Shown here: positions 1-7,149 of the stretch, one piece after another
Layout: each line of letters opens with the position of its first letter
How positions within the stretch are numbered: position 1 is the stretch's first letter
Source of the DNA: a virus
Direction: 5' to 3' (one strand)
Virus record (IMG/VR): IMGVR_UViG_3300045988_069725
Coordinates: 1 to 43,866 of that record
DNA: 43,866 bases
Translations under genes and position numbers: made by a program
Notes under the pieces: generated by a model
Databases searched by the model: none
What the model was told of the DNA's origin: nothing
Seen by the model: the letters and a program-made list of their open reading frames with translations, nothing else

Positions 1-77
1 TACTTTGGAATGAATGGGAACTATCCGATCTTTGCCTGCCTCCGTCTTAGCTCCACATATAAAATATCCTTTATCTA
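1..77. repeat. Terminal direct repeat, copy 1 (identical to 43790-43866)
   Basis: tactttggaatgaatgggaactatccgatctttgcc... is repeated exactly at the other end of the window. Confidence 0.95.
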
Positions 78-768
78 AATAAACATTTCTATTTTCTATT
101 TCCACAAATTCTATAATCCGGACGCCGGAGTAAATCATCATAAGTACTTTATCAACATCATGCAAAGATTCGTTTTGCCATAAGTAATCCACTTCACTCT
201 TTGCGAAAGGCTTGTGTATACCCTCAGAGTCCTTCCAGGACATCTCTATGCCAACCGACAAGTCAGCGCTTGCAATCTTCCTGGGTATACAGTATAAGTA
301 CAGCTGATGGAGTAAAACCTTCATATGGTCAATGGAGGACTTTTTATATTCTTTCCCATTATCATCAAAGCATTTTTGTATATCATCTATTGTAAGGTTT
401 ACCATCTTCTTATTGTGGATGACTTTAAATTTATTATAAGCGGCTGCATAGATATATTCTGATGATTTTGATAATGCTTTTTTCTTATTCGGGTTAAATT
501 TACGTTCATACCATAATGCGTATACATCAGCAAAGGTTGGTAGATCCTGTATGGGTGTGGGCTTTTCGATATTTATCCCGCTGTTGTATTGGGCTAGGAT
601 GGATAACGCCTCTTTTCTGGTTTTCCCGTAGCCAATGGTCTCATAGACCTGCACAAATTTATCTTTTTCTGTATCATACTTGAAGCCGTTGGTTACTCTG
701 GCCATGTAGGGCTTGCGTCTTTTTCCAGAGAGTTTTACCACTCCTCCATATCCATTTGGGTTACGCAT
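1..768 (-). CDS. int: Tyrosine recombinase/integrase, N-terminal 256 codons (continues across the window ends)
   Basis: A reverse-strand ORF is open from the ATG at 768-766 (GGAG at 781-778) to base 1. It has no in-window stop, so it is absent from the ORF track. My translation is MRNPNGYGGVVKLSGKRRKPYMARV...MMIYSGVRIIEF (box I Arg)...GAKTEAGKDRIVPIHSKV. Confidence 0.9.
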   Translation of the reverse strand, partial: MRNPNGYGGVVKLSGKRRKPYMARVTNGFKYDTEKDKFVQVYETIGYGKTRKEALSILAQYNSGINIEKPTPIQDLPTFADVYALWYERKFNPNKKKALSKSSEYIYAAAYNKFKVIHNKKMVNLTIDDIQKCFDDNGKEYKKSSIDHMKVLLHQLYLYCIPRKIASADLSVGIEMSWKDSEGIHKPFAKSEVDYLWQNESLHDVDKVLMMIYSGVRIIEFVEIENRNVYLDKGYFICGAKTEAGKDRIVPIHSKV

Positions 769-782
769 AATATCACACTCCT

Positions 783-807
783 AAAAAAGGGTATAAAAAA
801 TACACCC
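783..807 (-). terminator. Weak intrinsic terminator-like hairpin immediately upstream of the int RBS
   Basis: The minus strand reads GGGTGT-atttttt-ATACCC followed by TTTTTT and then AGGAG-N9-ATG of int. The stem is 6 bp with one G.U pair. Confidence 0.4.
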
Positions 808-893
808 TAGCAATTTCTGAGAGTGTATGATAAAATACTATTGATTAGATAGTGCTTATCATACCCCCTCTACGGTTGATAGGTTACTCATTT

Positions 894-927
894 CCGCTCC
901 GGGTTGCAGCCTGGGGCGGTTTTATTT
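894..927 (+). terminator. Intrinsic terminator, plus-strand specific
   Basis: CCGCTCCGGG-ttgcag-CCTGGGGCGG followed by TTTTATTTATTT. The 10-bp stem has two G.U pairs that exist only in the plus-strand RNA and become C-A mismatches on the minus strand. Confidence 0.55.
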
Positions 928-929
928 AT

Positions 930-1304
930 TTATCTTGCTCTCCAAGTTTTACCACAATTTTGACAGATGCACATAGTTTCATTCTTAAATTTAGTCTTTT
1001 CATTACCTGTGGATTTTTTCCATACTAAATTCGAAACACCAAGCGTACAAACAGCAGTAAACCCTCTTGCCGTATTGTTTATATGACCACCTATGCCGTT
1101 ACCGTGCTTCTTGGTTTTTCCATTTGATTGAATCAGTTCTACTGAAACATTTCCACTACCACATTTAGGACATTGAATCCCAGTTCCGCTACTCATTCCA
1201 TAATCTATTTGTGGCCCCACTGAGATCGGGTATCCGCAATTCGGGCAACTACCTGCTCTGTCAGAAATTTCTTTGCCACATTCTGGACACTTAATCAATG
1301 CCAT
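930..1304 (-). CDS. Double zinc-ribbon protein, function unknown (lysogeny-module accessory gene)
   Basis: CPECG...CPNCG, then CPKCG...CQNCG, with the second ribbon split by an insert of about 60 aa. It lies between the ImmA-like gene and int. Confidence 0.6.
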   Translation of the reverse strand: MALIKCPECGKEISDRAGSCPNCGYPISVGPQIDYGMSSGTGIQCPKCGSGNVSVELIQSNGKTKKHGNGIGGHINNTARGFTAVCTLGVSNLVWKKSTGNEKTKFKNETMCICQNCGKTWRAR

Positions 1305-1358
1305 ACTATCACCCTCCTTAAGTAAAATATATTAATTAAACGCCGAAGCGGTTAATCA

Positions 1359-1781
1359 CTATAAGTCATCACTATATAAACGCATATACTCAGATTGCTC
1401 AAAAAAATTATCTAGTCCATTTATTTGCAAATAATTTATTTTTTCTTCGTACTCTTCCAGCTCACGCTGTATCTTCTGGCGTCGTCTTATAAGTGCTTGC
1501 AACCTTTTTATATATTTTGCTCCTGGCATTGACTTTGCCTTGGAAGCAGCTATCATCCCATGAGCCTCAGCCTCAATGCTCTGAACATCACTTTTGCTAA
1601 AATCGTTATCTGTGATATGCTTCATTGCATGTTGATAAGCTCTGAGCTGCCCATCGTTAGATAACCGGGCATTAATTAATATTGTATAGCTTCCGTCTTC
1701 ATTCGGAATAACCATTTCATTGCCAGGACGGGGAAAGTTAATCAAAAATACATTAACATCCGGTGTCGTCATCATTACCAC
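1359..1781 (-). CDS. ImmA/IrrE-like protein with a degenerate metalloprotease motif (HAMKH instead of HExxH)
   Basis: The pattern ...DGSYTILINARLSNDGQLRAYQHAMKHI resembles the ImmA core (dG.y.I.iN..l....q.f..aHElgH). It overlaps the 3' end of the XRE repressor gene by 29 nt. The start is GTG at 1781 or ATG at 1775/1772. Confidence 0.45.
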   Translation of the reverse strand: MVMMTTPDVNVFLINFPRPGNEMVIPNEDGSYTILINARLSNDGQLRAYQHAMKHITDNDFSKSDVQSIEAEAHGMIAASKAKSMPGAKYIKRLQALIRRRQKIQRELEEYEEKINYLQINGLDNFFEQSEYMRLYSDDL

Positions 1782-2151
1782 GCTCTTTTCTCTTTAAAGC
1801 AAGTGCCATGTTATGAAGCGCCTTAAGATCATCAGGATCCATGTCTCTTTGGACATCAAATAAGGCACGTAATTCTTTGTTCTCAAAAATTTCTTGCGCT
1901 GCTTTGGCTGTTTCATTATTGACATAATAACCATTATTTTCCTGCATCAAATCACCGATGTTAACGCCAAGCCACTTTGCAATAGCTTGTATTTTATCAG
2001 CGCGAGGCATTTTCCTGGAATTGCACCAATCTGATGCCGTTGCAGAAGAGACTTTCATATATTTGCATAGATCGGTCTGATTCCTATTGGCCTGTTCCAT
2101 ATAATGTCTTAAGTTTTTCGCAAATATTTCCCGTAGAGTTTCTTCCGGCAT
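1753..2151 (-). CDS. XRE-family HTH repressor (CI-like)
   Basis: HTH_3-like NLRHYMEQANRNQTDLCKYMKVSSATASDWCNSRKMPRADKIQAIAKWLGV. AGGAGG RBS. Divergent from a Cro-like gene. Confidence 0.85.
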   Translation of the reverse strand: MPEETLREIFAKNLRHYMEQANRNQTDLCKYMKVSSATASDWCNSRKMPRADKIQAIAKWLGVNIGDLMQENNGYYVNNETAKAAQEIFENKELRALFDVQRDMDPDDLKALHNMALALKRKERGNDDDTGC

Positions 2152-2186
2152 TTATCTGACCTCCTATTCTTATAATAGATATGCTT

Positions 2187-2215
2187 ATTATATAATAAAT
2201 TGATGTTCATATCAA
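2187..2215 (-). promoter_or_regulatory. Sigma-70-type promoter for the repressor operon
   Basis: The minus strand reads TTGATA (2215-2210), 17 nt, TATAAT (2192-2187). The -10 lies inside a perfect 14-bp palindrome, TTATTATATAATAA (2185-2198). Confidence 0.55.
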
Positions 2216-2250
2216 GCTAAAAACGAAAATAATTTCACTGTGCACAAAAA

Positions 2251-2313
2251 AAGTTAAACTTTGAGCTTGACTTCTCACTTAAAGCGTGTATAATAATTAT
2301 TAGCTTAAAGCTA
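2251..2313. promoter_or_regulatory. Three operator-like 11-bp (pseudo)palindromes centred on TTAAA
   Basis: AAGTTAAACTT (2251-2261), CACTTAAAGCG (2276-2286, within the promoter spacer) and AGCTTAAAGCT (2303-2313). Spacing is 25 and 27 bp. Confidence 0.4.
2267..2294 (+). promoter_or_regulatory. Sigma-70-type early rightward promoter (cro side)
   Basis: TTGACT (2267-2272), 16 nt, TATAAT (2289-2294), then AGGAGG and GTG at 2330. Confidence 0.6.
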
Positions 2314-2329
2314 GCTAGGAGGTGAAAAT

Positions 2330-2545
2330 GTGAGAATATCAATTAAAGGCGCTCGGGTAGAAAAGCATATGACGCAGAAACAGGTAGCAGAGAAAATGTC
2401 CGTTGCAAAAGAAACAATATCAAATTGGGAAAGAGGACATACTGCTCCAACGGCTCCTCAATTATTGAAATTGTGTGAGTTATACAATGTCAATGTATCA
2501 GATATTTTTTTGCCTGATTCACTCGCTAAAAGCGAGAAAAAATAA
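2330..2545 (+). CDS. Cro-like XRE-family HTH regulator
   Basis: KHMTQKQVAEKMSVAKETISNWERGHTAPTAPQLLKLCELYNV is an HTH_3 pattern. GTG start with AGGAGG RBS. Confidence 0.8.
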   Translation: MRISIKGARVEKHMTQKQVAEKMSVAKETISNWERGHTAPTAPQLLKLCELYNVNVSDIFLPDSLAKSEKK

Positions 2546-2615
2546 GGAGGAGTGTAAGAGGTGAGCGGAGTTAAAAGCAACAAAAAACTGATGGAAGTGT
2601 TGTTTCCACCAGTTT

Positions 2616-2643
2616 TTGCCTAAATTTATTTACCCTGTATATT
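2616..2643 (+). promoter_or_regulatory. Promoter-like element inside the ORF-free region
   Basis: TTGCCT (2616-2621), 16 nt, TATATT (2638-2643), just upstream of the 19-bp tandem repeat. Confidence 0.3.
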
Positions 2644-2659
2644 TTGCAGATTATGTGTT

Positions 2660-2697
2660 TAAGCCCCAACTCATTGCATAAGCCCCAAGCCATTGCA
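2660..2697 (+). repeat. Tandem 19-bp direct repeat (2 copies, 2 mismatches)
   Basis: taagccccaactcattgca followed by taagccccaagccattgca. Confidence 0.85.
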
Positions 2698-3074
2698 TAC
2701 GCACATAATCACACCAGACAACACCCAGTGCTTCTGTGGAATATTTCGCCACTTATGCAGTTTTAGTTCTGCCATTAAGTAAAAAGATTAGTGGCCCATT
2801 AGTTGGCGAATATGAGGGGTTTTTTGATGATATTCACAGTTGGTAAAGCAGTGTCTCTGCTCGATAACATCAAAAAGCACTTTACCCAGTTTCAAGTGTC
2901 TTGGTAACCACAGCGGCCAACCTCATAAAGGGAACAGGGCAAATTCAAAAGTTTGGTCAATAGGACCAGCTCCCTTCATTGCCCATTGTTTGGGTTTATG
3001 AAAGAATTTTATCACAGCATTAAAATATTTTCAATTATTAATAAGAAAACCAGAAGAGTAGGAGGTGGAAAAGG

Positions 3075-3359
3075 TTGAAAACGTCAGAACAGGTATTACG
3101 AGAAATAGTATCTTTTGTAGCACTACCAGAGTTTCCTTCCTGTAGTGTACCAATTTCCGTCGTAGCCAAAGTTATGCAGCGGGATCCGGTGTACATAAGA
3201 GAAGGGATAGCTCAAGGATGGCTCCCCATAGGCACCTGTAACAAGGTAGGGGCTAGAAGAAATTTCTATATTTCTCCAAAGCTTTTGTGGGAATATACAG
3301 GATTTCTGTACAAGCCAGAGGAATGGGGAAAGGAGGACAACCAGTGTTTAAAAATGTAA
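3075..3359 (+). CDS. Putative excisionase-like / winged-HTH DNA-binding protein
   Basis: TTG start after GTAGGAGGTGG. ISVVAKVMQRDPVYIREGIAQGWLPIG...RRNFYISPKLLWEYTG resembles HTH_17/Xis-type proteins. Confidence 0.4.
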   Translation: MKTSEQVLREIVSFVALPEFPSCSVPISVVAKVMQRDPVYIREGIAQGWLPIGTCNKVGARRNFYISPKLLWEYTGFLYKPEEWGKEDNQCLKM

Positions 3360-3529
3360 TCATCTCAATCCTGGCAGCAACCATATTAATGCAAAGCGGG
3401 TTTTGCCAACCAGATAACATGCTGCAAGCTATGATCATACCGGTGGTGTGGTACGTAGTTTTTGTAATCAGCCTGACCTGGATTGACTGCAGGAGGCTGG
3501 CCAAGAAAGAAAGGAGGAGGGAGCCATGA
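3344..3529 (+). CDS. Small membrane protein (two predicted TM segments)
   Basis: AGGAGG (3331-3336), 7 nt, GTG at 3344. VFKNVIISILAATILMQ...IIPVVWYVVFVISLTW. The stop overlaps the next ATG (ATGA). Confidence 0.5.
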   Translation: MFKNVIISILAATILMQSGFCQPDNMLQAMIIPVVWYVVFVISLTWIDCRRLAKKERRREP

Positions 3530-3714
3530 AGAGGCATGTGGAGACCATAGCACAGTATGCTATATGGAACTGGCTGGAGGCCAATTTTTACATTGGCGCT
3601 TTAGAAGAGATAAGATTTGACAGCCAGAACACCGCAGTAATCAAAGACAAAAACGGTGATGCAGCCGTAGTAGTATACGAGCGCGGGATGGTATATCTCA
3701 TGGAACCCGTATGA
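3526..3714 (+). CDS. Hypothetical early protein
   Basis: ORF coupled by an ATGA overlap to the upstream gene. Confidence 0.55.
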   Translation: MKRHVETIAQYAIWNWLEANFYIGALEEIRFDSQNTAVIKDKNGDAAVVVYERGMVYLMEPV

Positions 3715-3813
3715 CGGGAAAATCCCCAGGAAGCGGCAACTTACCCGGGGACGATAATTAAGTAAATTAATATATTTACAGCTCTATTATAGGGCAGAAC
3801 GGAGGATTTTGCA

Positions 3814-4098
3814 ATGAATATGAAAATATTTGAAGATTCAATGGCACTGCAAGAAAAAATTACAATGCTCCAGGGAAGCATGATGAAAAGTGAGATCGCT
3901 CTCAACTTCCTGGAAGAAAATGGTATAGCGGCAATTGAAATCAAGCCCGATTGGGATGACACCATATATTTAGGAGACTGTCACCTGGACGAAGGGCAGA
4001 AAGGGTTGGTGCTGCAGCTTCTAACCTCAGTACTAAAAAATCGGATAGATGAGGCAGAAAAGGAGCTTGCGGAAATACTGGGACCACCGGAATTCTGA
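3814..4098 (+). CDS. Hypothetical early protein
   Basis: GGAGG RBS 8 nt upstream of the ATG. Same strand and tight packing with neighbours. Confidence 0.6.
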   Translation: MNMKIFEDSMALQEKITMLQGSMMKSEIALNFLEENGIAAIEIKPDWDDTIYLGDCHLDEGQKGLVLQLLTSVLKNRIDEAEKELAEILGPPEF

Positions 4099-4112
4099 TA
4101 TGAGGAGGCATT

Positions 4113-4742
4113 GTGAGAGCGAAGACGCAGTACGAACCTTTGACACCGGAAGAGCAGCGGTTCGCGGAAGAAAACCATTATCTTGTCATGAGGTACCTGC
4201 GGCAAAACAACCTGGATCCAGCGGAGTGGTACGATGTAGTGATCTTCCGGTATCTGCTGTCAGTAAAAAGATGGTTTTTGTATCCGGAGCTGCAGCGCTT
4301 TAGGTTCAGCACAATCGCTTATAAGGCCATGTGGTCTGCTGTTGGGAGCGAACGCCAGAAACAAAAGCGCAGAATCAAAACAATAAGCCTTGATGAGCCT
4401 GTGCCCGGGTCAGAGGATATTACCTATCTTGACACCGTAACAGCCGAAAACCTGAACTATATCTATATAGGAGATAACGAAATGAATATAAGCTATAACG
4501 TAAAAGTCCCACCGCGCAAACAGCCTGGACATAAGAGCGACGAGGTAATGGCGCTTGAAAGTTTCCTGGCAAGCACAGGGAAAACAAAAAATATGTGTTT
4601 TGAGTACGAAGAGCTAAAGGAGGCAAAAGCTAAATTAACAAACCTGCGGGCGTATTGGAGGAAAAACGATCTACTGGAGCAGATTGATATATTCCGTTTA
4701 AAAAACTGTATTTACATTGTAAAAAAGGAGGCTGAAAAGTGA
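4113..4742 (+). CDS. Hypothetical early protein with an N-terminus resembling sigma-70 region 2
   Basis: GTG start after GAGGAGG. LTPEEQRFAEENHYLVMRYLRQ...WYDVVIFRYLL is weakly sigma-region-2-like. The function is not established. Confidence 0.3.
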   Translation: MRAKTQYEPLTPEEQRFAEENHYLVMRYLRQNNLDPAEWYDVVIFRYLLSVKRWFLYPELQRFRFSTIAYKAMWSAVGSERQKQKRRIKTISLDEPVPGSEDITYLDTVTAENLNYIYIGDNEMNISYNVKVPPRKQPGHKSDEVMALESFLASTGKTKNMCFEYEELKEAKAKLTNLRAYWRKNDLLEQIDIFRLKNCIYIVKKEAEK

Positions 4743-6028
4743 GTATTAAAATTAATAAGCTTGAGATAGAAAATGTCAAGCGCATTAAAGCAGTAAAAAT
4801 AGAGCCGTCAGCAAACGGCCTCACTATTGTAGGAGGAAATAACAATCAGGGGAAAACCTCCGTTCTGGATTCCATTGCCTGGGCGCTGGGAGGAGACAGA
4901 TACCGTCCATCCGAGGCAAAAAATAAAGAGTCCGTAATTCCCCCTAACCTGCATGTTGTTATGTCAAACGGGATTGTAGTAGAGCGGAAAGGTAAGAACA
5001 GCGACTTAAAAGTAACGGATCCGGATGGCAAAAAAGCAGGACAGCAGCTGCTTAACAGCTTCGTGGAGCAGCTGGCGCTGGATCTGCCGCGCTTCATGGA
5101 GTCATCCGGGCGGGAAAAGGCTCAGACACTTCTGCAGATTATTGGAGTAGGGGACCAGCTGGAAGCCCTGGAAAAAGAGGAACAGGAACTGTACAATGAG
5201 CGGCTGTATGTTGGGCGGACTGCCGATCAGAAAGAAAAATTTGCAAAAGAGCAGCCCTATTTTACAGATGCACCGAAAGACCTGATATCTCCATCCGAGC
5301 TGATTAAACAACAGCAGGAGATACTTGCCAAAAACGGAGAGAACCAGAGAAAGCGGGATGCTCTGGAAACACTGCAGTATCAGTGCGTCCGCCTGAATAC
5401 GGAAATTGCAGAACTGGAAGACCAGCTGGAAAAGAAGCGCCAGGAACGGGAACGGGTTGGACAGGACCTTGAGATTGCCAAAATGACAGTTGCTGACTTG
5501 AAAGACCAATCTACCGCAGAGCTGGAGGAAAACATAGCTAATATCGAAGATATCAACCGAAAAGTACGGGCAAATCTTGACAAGGACAAGGCAGAGGACG
5601 ATGCCAGGATGTACCGGAACCAGTACGTAGAGCTTACAAAAAAGATACATGACACCAGGGAAAAGAAAAGGAAGCTGCTGGAGCGCGCAGATCTGCCACT
5701 TGCGGAGCTGTCGGTAAAGGACGGCGAATTGATATACAAAGAACAGAAATGGGACAACATGTCAGGCTCTGATCGCCTCAAGGTATCTACTGCGATTGTA
5801 CGTAAGCTGAATCCTGAGTGCGGGTTTGTACTGTTGGACAAACTGGAGCAGATGGATCTTGATACGCTTCGTGAATTCGGACAGTGGCTGGAAACGGAAG
5901 GACTGCAGGCAATTGCCACCAGGGTAAGCACTGGCGGCGAATGCAGCATAATCATAGAAGACGGATATGCGGCAGGGCAGGAACCGCCAGAAGAACAGAA
6001 AAAAGAATGGAAAGCAGGTGCATTTTAA
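4739..6028 (+). CDS. SMC/Rad50/RecF-like AAA ATPase with a central coiled coil
   Basis: N-terminal IENVKRIKAVKIEP...IVGGNNNQGKTSVLDSI (Walker A), a long E/K/Q-rich coiled coil, and C-terminal FVLLDKLEQMD (Walker B-like). Confidence 0.7.
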   Translation: MSIKINKLEIENVKRIKAVKIEPSANGLTIVGGNNNQGKTSVLDSIAWALGGDRYRPSEAKNKESVIPPNLHVVMSNGIVVERKGKNSDLKVTDPDGKKAGQQLLNSFVEQLALDLPRFMESSGREKAQTLLQIIGVGDQLEALEKEEQELYNERLYVGRTADQKEKFAKEQPYFTDAPKDLISPSELIKQQQEILAKNGENQRKRDALETLQYQCVRLNTEIAELEDQLEKKRQERERVGQDLEIAKMTVADLKDQSTAELEENIANIEDINRKVRANLDKDKAEDDARMYRNQYVELTKKIHDTREKKRKLLERADLPLAELSVKDGELIYKEQKWDNMSGSDRLKVSTAIVRKLNPECGFVLLDKLEQMDLDTLREFGQWLETEGLQAIATRVSTGGECSIIIEDGYAAGQEPPEEQKKEWKAGAF

Positions 6029-7132
6029 ATGGATATAATCAGAGGAAAAATCCCTTGTGCAAAGAAAACTGTAATTTATGGCCCGGAGGGAATCGGAAAA
6101 TCAACCTTTGCAAGTAAGTTTCCGGAGCCGCTTTTTATAGACACGGAAGGCAGCACAAAGAACATGGACGTTGCCAGGACGAAGACACCCACCTCCTGGA
6201 CCATGCTGCTGGAGCAGATCCAATACGTTAAGGATCACCCGGATATCTGCCGTACACTGGTCATTGACACCATTGACTGGGCAGAGCAGATGTGTGTTAT
6301 CCATGTATGCTCACTGCATCAAAAAAAGGGTGTAGAGGATTTTAATTACGGAAAAGGTTATGTGTACGTAAAAGAGGAATTCGGGAAATTTCTGAACCGT
6401 TTGTCGGATGTAATAAACGCAGGCGTAAATATTGTTTTGACTGCCCATACCCAGCTTGTGAAGTTTGAACAGCCTGACGAGATGGGATCTTACGACCGGT
6501 ATGAGCTCAAGCTTGGGCAGAAGACAAAATCCCAGACCTCTCCGCTGGTGAAGGAGTGGGCGGACATGCTGCTGTTTGCCAACTATAAAACCTATTCCAT
6601 TGCTGTAGATGACAAAGGTAAAAAGCATAAGGCACAGGGCGGGAAACGGGTCATGTATACGGCCCATCATCCATGCTGGGACGCAAAAAACCGGTACGGA
6701 CTTGCGGACGAGCTGCCATTCGAATACGGAGAAATTGCACATATCATTGGAAGTACTGCCCCGAAAAAGACGGAACCAGCAGCCCCCACTCAGCAGAATC
6801 CGGCACCGGAGCCAGAGATTCCACAAGGCCCTGGTCCCGAAGAGAAGCCACCAGAAGCTGATGTGCCGAAGCAAAGTTTAGACACTCCGGATATTTTCGA
6901 ACCTGATCCCGCCATACCTAAAGCGCTGCGGGATCTTATGATAAATAATGTTGTGCTGGAAGAGGAGATACAAAAAGCCGTTGCCCAGAAGGGGTATTTC
7001 CCCATTAACACTCCAATCACAAATTACCCGCCTGGTTTTATAGACGGGGTACTGATAGGGGCCTGGGAACAGGTATATAGCATGGTAAAAGCAAACCGGG
7101 AAAATGACATGGAAATCCCATTTAACAACTAA
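6029..7132 (+). CDS. Sak4-type RecA-like ATPase (AAA_24 family) with a Pro-rich linker and extra C-terminal domain
   Basis: VIYGPEGIGKSTFAS...LVIDTIDW...VLTAH, then APKKTEPAAPTQQNPAPEPEIPQGPGPEEKPPEA and a C-terminal domain of about 90 aa. Confidence 0.7.
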   Translation: MDIIRGKIPCAKKTVIYGPEGIGKSTFASKFPEPLFIDTEGSTKNMDVARTKTPTSWTMLLEQIQYVKDHPDICRTLVIDTIDWAEQMCVIHVCSLHQKKGVEDFNYGKGYVYVKEEFGKFLNRLSDVINAGVNIVLTAHTQLVKFEQPDEMGSYDRYELKLGQKTKSQTSPLVKEWADMLLFANYKTYSIAVDDKGKKHKAQGGKRVMYTAHHPCWDAKNRYGLADELPFEYGEIAHIIGSTAPKKTEPAAPTQQNPAPEPEIPQGPGPEEKPPEADVPKQSLDTPDIFEPDPAIPKALRDLMINNVVLEEEIQKAVAQKGYFPINTPITNYPPGFIDGVLIGAWEQVYSMVKANRENDMEIPFNN

Positions 7133-7149
7133 GCAGGAGGTAAAACAAG

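Noticed and set aside
201-395. 64-aa plus-strand ORF at the left end
   Set aside because: It lies antisense within the integrase coding sequence and has no RBS.
2561-2623. 20-codon GTG ORF right after cro (VSGVKSNKKLMEVLFPPVFA)
   Set aside because: It has an RBS-like GGAGG 10 nt upstream, but it is very short, has no recognisable features and cannot be supported from the sequence alone.
2660-2697. CRISPR-like array
   Set aside because: There are only two adjacent 19-bp copies with no spacers. Other repeats (11408-11640, 14165-14191) are likewise too short and irregular. There are no cas genes.
3253-3537. 94-aa minus-strand ORF
   Set aside because: It lies antisense to two translationally coupled plus-strand genes in a uniformly plus-strand operon and has no RBS.
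4049-4303. 84-aa ORF overlapping the 3814-4098 and 4113-4742 genes
   Set aside because: It is an out-of-frame overlap with two better-supported genes, is Arg/Ser-rich, and has no RBS.
5102-5955. 182-aa and 191-aa minus-strand ORFs inside the SMC-like ATPase gene
   Set aside because: They lie antisense to the E/K/Q-rich coiled-coil coding region, which produces stop-poor complementary frames. They have no RBS and no recognisable motifs.
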